Positions 25,780 to 39,003 of a DNA stretch of 64,000 nt are shown piece after piece; position 1 is the first letter of the stretch, and the number at the start of each line of letters is the position of its first letter. The stretch spans positions 126,232,001 through 126,296,000 of the forward strand of contig OX597814.1 of NCBI GenBank assembly GCA_951406725.2, read 5' to 3'. The position numbers and the translations under genes were made by a program. The DNA is from Octopus vulgaris. Its lineage: Eukaryota. The notes beneath the pieces were generated by a model. The model made no database searches. It worked only from the letters and a program-made list of their open reading frames with translations, and was not told the origin of the DNA.

Positions 25780-25986
25780 TGAAAAGTTCCTGACTTTGAG
25801 TAAAAGAAAATACAGGAGGATCAGTTAATTATGATTTTATTCAACATATTCCTCTCTCAAATTCACACACTTATTGCAGTGGTCCTTCAGTTTCTCTAAG
25901 CCCTGTAAAAGAACTTAGAAACTTGGGCCACCAACCAGGCCTTTTGTGATACTCTTAAAGCCAGGAACTTCTTAACTCACCCTCTG
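25780..25986. mobile_element. Mariner-derived MITE, left TIR truncated
   Basis: tgaaaagttcctgacttt ... taaagccaggaacttc...ccctctg|TA; TIR core resembles that of the mariner at 29394. Confidence 0.65.
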
Positions 25987-26789
25987 TAAGACTTTTATTT
26001 GATGGAGAATGTAAAAAATGTCACCACTTTTGCTTAAGCACTTCTATTGTATACCTGTACATGACTACTGCAAACTTGTATATACAGGACAATTGTGTCG
26101 TGTATATAATAGATTGGGCTTCTTTTAAGTGGTTAGTATGAACAAGGACAACCCATCTCAGAATTTCTCCAACAAAAAATCCCTGCTGTCTATACTAGCA
26201 AAGAGAAATGGATATAAAACAGTATAACAATGTGTATAACTCAAATATGTTGCTGTTGTCATAGTTGTTTAGCTCAAGGTCAACATTGATCAAATAGACC
26301 CTAGCAGCAAAAACATTCCAGTTTTGATTATCTTGTTTCTTTTTCAGAATTAGCTATCCAATATGTCCTTCATTTTTTAAACTATACATGTTATATGTAA
26401 GTCCAGCAGTTCTCTGTATTAGTTTGGTTTGGCAGAAGGGGCCATACCCAAGGCCTTTGCAGGCACTCTAAGGCTGATGAAATCATTGTTGTTAACTTTC
26501 TGTTTAAACTATTCCAAGGGGAGAATATATTTACAGTAATCTACAACTGGTCAACAAATATGCTTCTGTTTTACCACAATATCTAAACATTTTCTTGCTA
26601 TTTCTGTCTCCTTATTGAAACCAAATCAATGAAATTGTAGTTTATATGTTTAGGTTGTGAGTTATTTTGAAAACTATTCCTAACAAGAGAATTTCTCAGC
26701 TTTCCATTTTAACTGCTTTTAAAGTGAAGAAATAAGTTTCATACTGCTTCCAAACCAGCTCACTTTATTTTGGGTCACTTCATCTTGTC

Positions 26790-26960
26790 ACTTATATTAT
26801 GTCTGCCCTCCCCTCTAAACATTCTAACCCACACTAACTACTATACCCAATCCTTCCTTCTCAGCAAGTTGACCATCTGGAATTCTCACTTTGCCCACTT
26901 TTTCTCCCACAATCATAATTTGCAGTCATTCAAAAAGAATATTAACTATATTAATCTAAC
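26790..26960 (+). mobile_element. CR1/Jockey/L2-like LINE ORF2 C-terminal remnant
   Basis: HTNYYTQSFL..LTIWNS..HFFSHNHNLQSFKKNIN resembles the SF.PRT...WN.LP......L..FK terminus of these ORF2 proteins. Confidence 0.5.
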
Positions 26961-27049
26961 CTGTCCCAAAGAGTCTGTGAAGGACAAGAGCACAGGCTGC
27001 CTATTCTTCCAAACTAAATCATTCAAAATTAAAAAAGAAAATTATGTCC

Positions 27050-27291
27050 ATATTTCTGATGAAACCCGCTGTCAAAGTTTTCATTAATTTGAAAACTTAT
27101 TACAAATTTGGTAGGATTTAGTAAAATAACTTTTATATTATTGACTGGTGTTTGGAACATAACAAAAGTTTCTCAGATAAAATTATGATGGAAGATTTTA
27201 ATTTCAATATAAACAATTAAAAACATTGTTTTTTCTTTTTATATCAATGAACCAGAGGTGGTCTTAGGCAGGTTAGTATCAAAAGAATTAA
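27050..27291 (-). mobile_element. Old diverged relative of the TTAA MITE
   Basis: tttagtaaaataact...tggtgtttggaacataa...tggaagattttaatt...gtatcaaaagaattaa matches 55432-55645. Confidence 0.55.
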
Positions 27292-28359
27292 TTTCCCATG
27301 ATCTGCTGATTCTAAGCATTTTCAAAGAAGAAAAGCTAGACTTTCTCTTCAAGACCAGGAAATACTTCAGCTTTGAACAATTGCTGACCTCTACAAGGCA
27401 CAAGTGTGCACCATATTATAGTATTGCTCATATTATAGTATTGTATGTGAAATCATGCAGCTGCTGCTACATACAAGCTTTGTAGTCTGTATCAGAAGAC
27501 AATGCTATCCAATTAATTAGTAAGACTTCACTAGAACCATTACAACATTGGTGAGCTGATGAGGAACTTCTACATAGTCACTGGACTTGCAAGAAATATC
27601 AGTCAAATTCCTTTAAAAATGGGAGTGACATGTTAGATAATGTAAGATCCAGAATCCAAGGAAGCTAGTTGCAGTTTGTAAAAGCAAAATTTAATCTATA
27701 AAAAATAGTTCACGAGGGAAAAGAAAAAAATCACAGTAAATAAATTTGTTATAAGAAGGGAAATTTTAATGTTTCAGACATTATGTTGAGCACAGAAAGG
27801 TGGATGATAATGTAACCACAGGTAGTTCTCTAAAAGAAAACAGGATGGTCATGGCTGGAATGTCTTTGATCAAATGACTCTTAACCTAGGAGTTAGACTA
27901 TAACAATTAAAACACTAATGTACTGTATCTGTTCTCTCTCTCTCTCCCCTGTTATTATTGTAGTTCTTGTCCCTCAAAACTAATAAGCTACACTCTACTC
28001 CATACAAGCTTCTCTAAGCCTCCCACCTCTCTTTTCATTCACCTCTGCTGTTTCTCACACTCACATTCTGAACACTTTGCCCCAATCACTCATTCAGAAC
28101 TATAACTTTCTACAAGTCTTTCCTTGGCCATATTTAACTCAGAACTTGGAACATCAACTATATCATTTTCTCCAAGCAATAGCACTCACTCTGCATACTT
28201 GTTGCTTGACATGCTAAAAGTAGCTGCTGAATCTCTCTCCAATCAGATTTTGCCATCTTGGGCAAAAGAAAGACACAGGTAGGTGTACATCAGCCTATGC
28301 CACTGATGTATGCCTCCAATATAAGAGAATACAAAAAGTTCAAACGACAAGCTGTTAGT

Positions 28360-28555
28360 TACTGTTTAGCCACAGGCAACTCTGATCCAGTAGGCCTTTA
28401 ACCAAAAGCATTTGAACTGTGAACACTCAGTATTTTGAGGGGTGTCTAGGACTACATTATCTCATGTGTCCTTTACATATTTAAGAGTGTAAGGTGTGAT
28501 TTGAAGTAGATTTGGCTGCTATGCCTAGCAGATTGAATGACCACCTAGAACCTTT
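28360..28555 (+). repeat. Copy of abundant unclassified ~200-bp repeat
   Basis: ctaggactacattatc...gtgtcc...ggtgtgatttgaagtagatttggctgctatgcctagcag. Confidence 0.65.
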
Positions 28556-29393
28556 TTCATGAAAGTGGTAAGTTTTCAAACCATAAATTAAGCATTATGA
28601 AATTCAGTAGTATTTGAAATATATTTTAATCCTATTTCTTAAGAACTTTTCTAAGGTTATAATTTACTCTAATTATTTCTCTTTTACACCTCATGACTAA
28701 TTTACTTCTCCTTACTCTATTTTCCTCATTTTTATTTTAATATTTATCTGATTCTACTTTGTAAACAATGGCATTGTCGGTTATAGGTTTCCAATAGTAC
28801 AATTGCTGCTTCACTGCATTTACAGTAGCAAGAGTGATAAAGTGGTATCTGTGACACTTGGGCAGAACAAACATGTTTTTGCTCAAAAAGCAACAGTTTA
28901 TCAATTTATTTTACAATGTTTACATCTTTCTCCTGATATACATTAGTGACATATATCATCGTGTGTGTATGTGTGTGTGTGTGTGTACATATTTACTCTA
29001 CACATGCATACACCTATTTGAAAAATACATATATAAAAATCTGCTTTCCTCCTGCCTCTAGTTTACATATAAAGGTGTATCACTCAAAGATGTATATGCA
29101 TTATTTACATACTCAAGCTGTCACATTCTGAATGTTTTGCTGGCTTAAGAGTGGAGGGGCCATACATACACGAAACAGTTTTAATTTGTCCTTATTACTG
29201 TAGTTGCACTGGGCTATACAACAGCTAATTTGCATTAAAACCTTGACATGTTTGGGTTCCCTGAAAAAGAATAGAACAAACTGATTCATATTCTCCAGAT
29301 AAAATCAGCGGAGGAACAATAAAAATTTGTAAACACATTTCAGGGATTCTCCATTCAAGGTCCTGGGTGAAAATATGCACACAGTCACATACA

Positions 29394-30272
29394 CAAGGTG
29401 GTATCAAAAAGTTCCCAGACTAGTTATGTTTAATAAAAAAGATACCTCATTTACCTAAGTCTTAACATGATCTCCTTCAAAATAGACACCTTGTGCAGCC
29501 ATTCACCAGTCCCAGTGTTCCTGCTACTCTTGGAATCTGGCCTGGAAGTAATTTTTTGTAAGCAAGTTGAGGACCTTCTACGATCCACTCTTGATTTCTA
29601 CAACATTATGTTAAAATGGCACCCTTTGAGATGCCTTTTCATCTTATAGAAGAGATGGAAGTCTGCTGTTGCTAAATCTGGTGAATATGGTGGGTGTGGA
29701 AACGATACCATGTTGGTTTTGGCAAGAAACACACAAGTGAGGAGAGAGAACTTGGTTACAGTTTTCATTGTCATCATGAAGAATCTAATTCTTCACACTC
29801 CACAGATCCAGTTGTTTGTGCCTAATGTTCTACATAGAATGCTTCAAAATGTTGTTGATTGTCCTCTGATGATCTTCATCCACAAGCTGATGAATTTTTA
29901 CCACATCTCCAGGGATGACACTTGTAGCAGGTCTTCTAGATCACTCATCATCTTCCAGGAACATTCTTCCACTTTTGAAATGCCCGTGCCACTTGAAACA
30001 TTGAATATGATCCATTGCCTCATTGCCATATGCTTGCTGAAGCATGTTCAATGCCTCTGTAGCAGATTCCCTGAGTTTAATGCAAAATTCCATGTTGGCT
30101 CTTTGTTCTAGCATCCTGTCCATAACCAAAATCACAGACTAGAGCATACATGTGATCACAAAAACACAAATTTCATAACTTGCAAAGTAAACACAGCAAT
30201 GTCACTCAGCACACAAGCATGTGCTGCCATCTGTTGGCACACTACAGTCCAGGAACTTCTTCATACCACCTG
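29394..30272 (-). mobile_element. Internally deleted mariner (DD34D-type) DNA transposon
   Basis: Imperfect ~28-bp TIRs (aggtggtatcaaaaagttcccagact / rc aggtggtatgaagaagttcctggact), TA at right end. Minus-strand peptides EQRANMEFCIKL..ATEALNMLQQAYG..WHGHFKSGR..LEDDE, LHDDN, HPPYSPDLATADFHLF and GVYFEGD. Confidence 0.92.
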
Positions 30273-31811
30273 TACATATACACTATATATATATGCACAC
30301 ATAAACTGTAATGAAACACGCAAACACGTGTTCTATTATAATATGCACATCCCTGAATGCAAGTTTATCCATATGCATACAGCATGCACTTATATATGCA
30401 CACGTCATCCAATTCAGGTAACTACAAAACCCAAGAGCAGTCTTCACTTCAACAAAAGAACTTTACCTCTTTATTAGTGACTGGCTTGAATGCTGCGAAG
30501 GAAAAAACTTAAATTACATCCCAAAGAATTATGTGTGTGTGCATGCATGTGTGTCTGTGTGTGTACATGCAGTGTTTTCATTTACTAAATTCGACTCAAA
30601 AGGCAATTACTGTTAGTTAATCCAGATATTGTAGAAAACATTTGCCTAAGCTGCTGCACAGTTGGACTGAATGTGGTTCACAAGATTGCAAAGTAAACTT
30701 CTTAACCATAGAGCCATATGTGTGTTACTATTCTATTTCTCTTTTTCTTTCAAGAATGTCACTTTCCATTAAGATGAGATTTTATTTATTTTGTTGGCAG
30801 AGTTGCTATGTTATCTTACATTTCACTTGTATTTGTTTATGAACTATATCAGCAGTTAACTTTATCAAAAACATTTAACTCTTAAAGTAATCTTTTAATG
30901 TGATTTCCAAGCATCAAAAATTCTCATTCTTACTTGAATTGCATATATTTTCAGTTATCTCTTGTTTGTATTTAGCTTATATCATTTGCTTGTAATTATA
31001 ATTTATGTAAATAGCTAAATAACAAAATACTCATATCAAAAAATGTTCCAAATTTCATTCCAAATTTAAACTGCATTTAATGCAATTCTTTCCATCTCCT
31101 CACAACCATGCCCTTTCTAAACAGATACCCCTTAAACTTTTGCACCCTACTATCTTAGAAGAAATGATACACCAGATCATGTTGTTATAGATACACTTTG
31201 TCTGAATAAAAGATGGAATGGTCATAGCTAGAATATCTCTAATCTTAAAGTTTGCTCAGAGTTGATATAGAACTAAACAATAATGATGTATGACTTCTGT
31301 AGAAAATATTCTGTCCAGATTTTGAGGATTATCAACTACAATCCCTTTTTGCCAGAAAACAGAATTCGTTTTTCAAAGACAGTGTTTTCAGATCTTTTTC
31401 CTAATCCATTAATGTAATTCACCTAATATTTTCCATTTTGTCTTTAATTTCAATTTAATTCAAACAGTGATAAATTGCTAACATTGACATCTGCTCTGAA
31501 GAATTCATTTTTGTTTCATTTGAACATTTATGTATATGTTTGACATCTCACATCAATTCAGTATTTCTGGGGAACATTTTCTTGAATTGTTGCACTCCAT
31601 GCTAAAATAAGGCATTTTCTTTTTCTGAGGCAATTAAAGAATCTTGCCCATGAATACAATAGATAATCAGCACTACAAAACAAATTTGGATTTTACTCAT
31701 AGTTTGCTTTTGTGCAGCAAGCAACCCAAGTTATTTCCTCCTCCAAGTTTTATAGTTTGTCATATTATCACATCATTCACTAAAACTCCATATATCTTTC
31801 ATAAATTATGC

Positions 31812-31851
31812 TTTGCTGATAGAGTCTAATAAGGCTGAAACATGTTTGAAA
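31812..31851 (+). other. Decayed minimal hammerhead-ribozyme-like motif
   Basis: tttg CTGATAG AGTCT-aata-AGGCT GAAA CATGTT tgaaa: 5-bp stem II, GAAA, palindromic stem III; core deviates from CUGAnGA. Confidence 0.45.
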
Positions 31852-32185
31852 TTGTCACCATATTGCTAAAGATCTGACTCTTTTCCCATTGCATTCTATT
31901 TTTAATTGTAATTTGAATTCTGAAGTTCTTCCTGCTGCCTTTTTTTTTATGCTAAAGTTGTAAATTCCAACTTTACTAACTGCATTAAAGCTGCCTGTAT
32001 GATCTTTGTAGGACACTGGTTTAGCTATTACTTTTTCAATTGTTGCACTAAAACTTTCCTTGCATCTTTTGGAAACACAAACTTTATACATACATTGTGT
32101 AGAAATCTACATGTAAAATAACTCCTAATAAATGTTTTGATATTTGCACATAATTTTATCAATTAATGTTTCTCTTCTTTTCCAG

Positions 32186-32318
32186 CCTGAAGGGAGAATT
32201 GTTGGCTTAGCTTCTGATATACATGATGGTCTTCTTTTCTGGTCTGATGTCAGTGAAAGCAAGCGTGGTATTTATAGATCTTACTTAAATGGTAGTGATG
32301 TACGACTAATCTTGAAAG
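32186..32318 (+). CDS. Internal exon of an LDL-receptor-family / YWTD beta-propeller protein (LRP-like)
   Basis: Polypyrimidine tract + CAG acceptor (AG at 32184-32185) and consensus donor AAG|GTGAGT. 133 bp, phase 0 to phase 1. Peptide PEGRIVGLASDIHDGLLFWSDVSESKRGIYRSYLNGSDVRLILK(G) fits the LDLR class B pattern GLAxD...L[YF]W[ST]D...I.R..LNGS. Confidence 0.9.
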
Positions 32319-33019
32319 GTGAGTTAACCATTTCATTTAACTCTTTCTTTAATGGAATTCTATCTCATTTCACCAATGTTCTATTGATTCACATAAAAAC
32401 TAATGACAAGAAACAATTTTTTCTCATGTATATAATATTCTGATGGTACAACTTTTCAGGTCTGATGCAAATGGAATTCTCTTGAAAAAGAGAAAATGTG
32501 AGACAAAGTCATAAGGTCAGATATCAGAATGTCAGGCCTCACAAAGGTAATGGTAAGAATCACCACAGATGGAGAGTTGCTGTTAAAATGAACCTATCCA
32601 ACATGCATGCATGGAAAAGCAGATGTAAAAATGGTATCATTGGTGGTGGTGGAATTTTTGCAAAGCATATCATCATTATCAGTGTATTCATGCCAACCTC
32701 TCCAACCTTGCTTCAGATGAGAATACATTGGGATGGAGTTTCCAAGTGAGATAATAATCTTCCAGTCTATCAAACAAAAAACAACCCAAATTTGTTTGTG
32801 CAGAGAACTGGAAATAAACATCACTGTACGATTGAGCCTTTTGTTTACAAAGTTCAAGCAGCACATCAGAAACATGTCATGAAATCTAGACTTGATTTTG
32901 TGGTAGACTACAAGGAAACATCATCATCAGTGGGGTCATTGTTTATAACCAACAAACGCATGTGAAGACAAAGAAAAGATAAACTCACACTCTCTCTCTC
33001 GTACACACACACACATGAC

Positions 33020-33300
33020 AGTGTAAATGATTTAAGAGAAATATTTGGTATAAGAGGTATCAGCTGAATGTGCAAGAGAGAAGATTGTGCTGGTATGGTC
33101 ATGTGGTGCATATGGATGAGGGTAGCTGCATAAAGAAGTTCCAGTCTCTAAATGTGGAAGAACCTGTGGAAGATGAAGACTCAAGAAGCTGTCGAACAAA
33201 ATGGTGAGAAAGGATCTCCAGATGTTGAGCCTTACAGAGGAGATGACAAAGGACCAAGAAAGTTGGTGATTTGCTGTGCTTGAGAAAACCTGCCCTGCTA
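33020..33300 (+). mobile_element. RTE ORF C-terminal fragment
   Basis: LREIFGIRGIS../RRLCWYGHVVHMDEGSCIKK../MVRKDLQMLSLTEEMTKDQESW*FAVLEK. Confidence 0.8.
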
Positions 33301-33364
33301 AGTTCCTGTCACAGTATCCAATCTATGTCAGCAAATGATGACAATGATGGTGACAATATATCTT

Positions 33365-33500
33365 ATGAGCTTCTTTCAATTTCTGTTTACCAAATCCTCT
33401 CACAAAATTTTGATCAGGCTGAGACTATTGAAGAATATACTTGTCCAAATTGCTATATAGTGGGACTGAACCCAAAGCTATATGGATGGAAAGTAAACAT
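33365..33500 (-). mobile_element. Second SINE family, degraded copy
   Basis: gcttctttcaatttctgtttaccaaatcc...gactattgaagaatatacttgtcca...gtgggactgaaccc, reverse complement of family motifs. Confidence 0.6.
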
Positions 33501-34648
33501 AACTGCACAGCCCTCCCTACACCTACAAAAATTGTCCAAGGTGAAGTGCTTCCTAAAGCAAATTTCTTTAGCAAATTCTTATGTAGCAAACTGAACTTCA
33601 AATCAGTCATTAGGATTCTGCATTCTATTAATTATTGTCAAAGTAGGTTTAGCATCTATACATTGGTTGGAATCTACAGAAGAGCAAAAAGACAACCTAG
33701 AACTGTAAATGATTTTCAACAAATATTAATTAGCAAAGCAGCTGCTTGGGAGGAACATTTCTCTGAATTTTCATCAATAAATTTCTTCTTTCATAAAAAC
33801 CAAATGAAAAACCAAAGTAAATACTCATCTTGTTGATTAGATTTCGGAAACTATTTCAAGTGTCTAAAAAGGTTTATTTTGTCTTTAAGAAGCACTTCAC
33901 AAGAATTAATTTATTGTTGATGTATTTTTCTTTTATGAAGAATGCACATTGGCACCTAAAATGCTATATGCTGGTGGAGGGCTGTAACTCTACTATTTGA
34001 ATAATAACATCTTTTGTTTGAATAGTAATAAAAACAACTACATCAACAACAACAATAACAATAACAGCAACAATAATAATAATTGAAATTGACTTTCTTA
34101 GTTGTCAGAATTGATGGTCATCATTATTCTTGTTTTGCTTACTGTCATTTTAAATTAAAACTTTCTTCCAATTTCGATTTATTTTTCTGACCTTCTGTCT
34201 CATTCAATATGTCTGAAGTTCATTGGAATTGTTTGTTTTTTTTGTTTGTTTGCTAATGTTTATTGGGTGTCAGACCATTAATGTTTGTTCTATCAAGTAG
34301 ATTTCCTTGAGATTTATGAGAATAAGGATGTGCATGCCTATATTAGTTGGTAGAAACAGTGTATCTGTTTGTATGTATTTGCATAAACATGTGTAATATT
34401 TATCCATTATATGAATTCATTTCCTGTCATACAACATTACACTTTTAATACTGACCCTTGAATTTTCCTTCATACTGTGACAGAAACACCTTTGCTGTCA
34501 GCATAATGAAAACCTTAAATATTTTGTATCCACCTCAGATATTAGCTGCTACTGTCAACACCTCTATCTATTGTATTAGCTGTCGTTGTCATTTAGTCCT
34601 AAGTCAGTCCTAATCAAACAGATCAATGACATTCATACCACAATCAGG

Positions 34649-34860
34649 ATCATGATGATGATGATGATCATCATCATCATCATTTAACGTCCACTCTCTA
34701 TGCTGGCATGGGTTAGACAGTTTCACTGGTGCTGATGAGTCAGAGAGCTGCACCAGACTCCAGTCTGATTTGGCAAGGTTTCTATGGCTGGATGCCCTTC
34801 CAAATTTCAACCACTCCAGGAGTTTAATGAGTGTTTTTACGTGTCACTGGCACATGTGCC
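34649..34860 (-). mobile_element. RTE-tail element fragment
   Basis: (ATC)n, tttaacgtccactctctatgctggcatgggtt...ggctggatgcccttcc...tttttacgtgtcactggcac. Confidence 0.8.
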
Positions 34861-36428
34861 ATTTGCATTCCAACTCATTTCAAGCATATCATATCTTGGA
34901 ATATATCATTCAGTATATCTTACCTTTCTGTTGTTGAGTCAGTTTTGATCTCACAGACCTATGATCAAGGTATACCATACATGATAATCACAGCTTTATT
35001 ACATATTGTATATCTAGGCTCACATTCTCAAATCTGCCCTTCCACTTTTTAAGACTATAGAGGAGTGTGCTTTGACTGTTAATTTTAGAAGGTTCAATGA
35101 CCATAGAGTGGCTCTCTTTTGATTCAGACTGCAGTACTATATCATCCAGGTATTTCCACAAATTATTTATATTCTTCAATCATTCTTATATATGGATAGA
35201 TGTCATTATCATCATCATCAGTTAATGTCCAGCTTCCATGCAAGCATAAGTTTGATTGTTTGACAGGATTGCAACATGCTTCAGTAGCTGCTTTGGTATG
35301 GTTTGTATGGCTGGATGCCCTTTCTAATGACAACCAGTTTACAGAGTATATTTTGGCATCAGCACTAATGCTACTAGCAAGACTTAAGGGCCTAAAGTAG
35401 CTCCTGTAACTGAAAGACAATAGAAGAGAGAAGATATGATGACTCTAGGAAGGGTGATGTGAGAAGGTGAAGCTTGAGCTGAGTTGTGAGAGGGCGGTTG
35501 TGGATGAGTGGATAGAGTAAAAGAAGAGGCACTGTTGGAGTAAGGAGTAGAGAAGGGACAGGGGGGGGAAAAGTGACTAGAGTTAATGGTTAGTGAGAAC
35601 ATTCCCAGAGTAGAAAGGTGACAATGTGGGCTATGTAGAAGGGGTCCAGGGCTATATAAAATCACCAATGTATATGTGTGTATCTGCACGTGTGTATGTG
35701 GGGAATTTCATAAGAAATAAAATGATGTATGTTGTTTTAAAGAACAGATCCACTCTGTCCTTAGCACTGCCTATATTTTACAAAGACTTAGATCAACTGA
35801 ACTGATTGGAGTAGCTTCTTTTGTTGCTTGTTAAATTTGAAATACACTTAGAGGAAGTTTATGACTATTAATTGCTTGGATAACATCATTTGATCAAAAT
35901 TTTTTCAACTCACTATATTTCATTTGTGATATGCTACCATATTCATATTTAATACCCAGAACACTGTGTATGTGTGTATAGAACATATATACAAAATATT
36001 ACCACCATACCACCATACTTATTATGTAGAGTAGTTCTTTCCTATTACAATATTTATGTATCTTTTAATTAACACACCTACCATTATTTCTCCACTGGAA
36101 TCATTGGTGTGGAACGACAACATAATAACATCTGTCATTTATACTCTACTCAACACTACACATATTCATTTATTTATTCCTTTATTGCTTTCAGTCACTG
36201 GACTGTGGCCGTGCTTAGACACCACCTTCAAGAATTATTTCAGTCTGGTACTTATTTCATTGAGGTGTATAGTTGTCAAATTGATAAGTTATGGTACATA
36301 AAGGGACATAACTTGAACAGTGCTGGGTTTTAGACTCGTGTAAACATAAACACATATGTAGTCACAAGCACATTTGTATAGTCATACATATACATGCAGC
36401 TGGAGTATGATCACCTGTGTGTATATAA

Positions 36429-36430
<2 letters not shown>

Positions 36431-36473
<43 letters not shown>
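36431..36473. repeat. (TA)n microsatellite
   Basis: Direct reading. Confidence 0.97.
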
Positions 36474-36481
<8 letters not shown>

Positions 36482-38748
36482 GAGACAGACAGACAGATAG
36501 ATATGTCATCGGTGAACCCAAAGCTATAGTAGGAGACACATACCAGAGGTGTTGCATAATGAGATCAAAGCCAAGAATTGCATACATGTGAAATGAGCAT
36601 CCTAATCACACAATCATGTCTGAATCTGTGTATAAATTTCTCTTCACTATCCACAATGGAGGATACCTTTGGAACAGTGGTGGGGGTCTTAGATATGGAA
36701 TATAGTGAGTTGAAAGCTCACTGTATTCCTAATGATTAACTAAGATTATCTTTGCAATTAGTAGATAAAAACTCCTTCAATATTTTTTAACAGAATAGTT
36801 TTCTATATGGCCACAAAACTTGCTAGAAACGGCAGCCAAATCTTTTCCTCTTCGGCCATTGTGCTAAGAAAAGAATATATCTGAAAACAGAATGCCTTTG
36901 ACCATAGGTCTGCTTAATCAGGGTTTACCTGGGCTAAACAACAATAAAAACTAGTTCACAGAATATGGAAAGATTTGAACTTGAAATCAAAAAAGCATTA
37001 AAATACTGCTTGTCATTTTGTTTAAATGCACTATTATCTTGGCTATTCCTACTGCCCCTTATCTGTATTATTAATGGCTTAGATTTATTACGCCTTTATA
37101 GATTATTGGCTAAAAATTTATATATTTGTTATATGGATATGGATATTAGAGGTAGCAGTTCTAGAATGATGTTACCATTAATGTATGATATTATGATAGT
37201 TTTATGTTGCATCAGTGAAATAAGTAACTCTTTGAACTAACAATGCACACCTCTTACAGCTTCCTAATAGCACCAACAGTTGACATAATTACATTAACTC
37301 TAATATTTGCATGATTTTATTGTCTCCACCTCAGCTAGAACGCTCTAGTTACAATTTCTATCTATTATTGTTAGTAATGTTGGACAAACGTAAAACCTAC
37401 TGTATTCAGACTTGGATAATATGAGAGTTATGTATTATCCAACATCCAAAGGTCAAAATAGTCAACTAAGAAGTTTACCTCACAACTACTTTGGTTTCAA
37501 GTTCAATCTTACTGCAGGGCACTCTGGGTAAAAAATTTGCAGATAAACTGTGTGGAAGCCTGTCAAAGAAACCATTCTTGTTCTTTGGTGGTAGACTTAC
37601 TCTTGTCACCTTGGTTAAATACCATCTCATGGCCCTTGGATGCCTTTAAAAGAGTTTACACAGCTGCAAGCCCAACACAAGAAGTTGAATGACTGAACCT
37701 CAAGACTTTATACATTCTCTGTTCATTTGCCAGCAACTTTATGGTGTATATTAGGTGCATTTTATGGTGCCAGCACTTGAGAGATTTTCTTTCTCACCAG
37801 TCGCTTGTAAGTGATGGGATAATATAAAAAGTAGGTAATGTGTGGCCCTGAGTGGGGTGAGAGTATGTGATAATAGCAGAGGAGAAAGAGAGTAGAGGCA
37901 TGAGGATAGTCCACTACTTTCTTTTATACCTAGGCCTAGTGAAGGGATGAGGACAATCTGATGCAGTCTCGGATACATAGGGCTGAGAATGGAATCAAAT
38001 AGGGAGTGATTGCCAGCAGCAGAAGTGGACAAAGTGAGAAAGAGAAGGACAGGAAAAAAGTATATATATTTGTAGTGTGTGAATGGAGGGGAAGCAATGA
38101 TGGAGACAGTTTTTCTGATTTGATACAGGGAGTTTGTTATTGCTTGGGTTCTCCTCCACACTTTCTACATAATCACTTCATCTTTCTGCCAGCAAACTCA
38201 CACCACTCTTAATCTTCATATACATTACTCCACAGAACAAAAGAACACTCTGTCAAAAATACTACTATATATAAAATTTGAAAACCAGACTAAACCACAG
38301 TAAGAATACCTAATAGGCTAAAGCTTCAAAATAACAGTCAACCTTTTCCTTGTACACACACAAACATCCACACACATACACACAAATTCAGAAACTGTAA
38401 GAAACCCATTCTGTGTGTGTCTGTATTTGTGTCTCCTTGTCTGGGCATCTGTACTCTGCTTATAAATAGAATCACCATTCACACAACTGTATCATTTGTC
38501 TGCAATTTTTTGTGAAGAAAATGACCAGCCATTGAGATATTTATGTTCAAAGGACTAAGAGAAATATTACCTTGCTTGGAAACAGGTGATGGTTGGCAGC
38601 TGTAATAGCCTCCAGTTATAGAAAATCTGAATCAATGAGTTTCATACAAATATGGGAAGGTGGATGGTCCCCCCCCACACCACTAACAATTGCAACAATG
38701 ATATTACATATGTGTATATGTGTATATATCTATATCTATCTATATATA

Positions 38749-38967
38749 AATTTTTAGGATAAGACCATTATTTAAAATAATGATCATATCAAGTGGCCAG
38801 CATGAGAAGAAAAACCTTATTGGTAATAATTATTATTAAAATTATAATTAAGGGTATCTAAGAGATACTACCATGCTCGAAATAGCAGTCAAGACCGCAG
38901 TCAAAAAGAGTCAGGTTTTGACTGTTATTTCGAACATGGTGGCATCTCTTAGATACACTTAATTATA

Positions 38968-38970
<3 letters not shown>
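38749..38970 (-). mobile_element. Fold-back element (tail 38749-38839 plus hairpin 38840-38970), probable Penelope-like remnant
   Basis: 57-bp arms (38840-38896, 38914-38970) with 6 mismatches, 17-nt loop, between TA-rich and (TG)n microsatellites. Confidence 0.6.
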
Positions 38971-39003
<33 letters not shown>

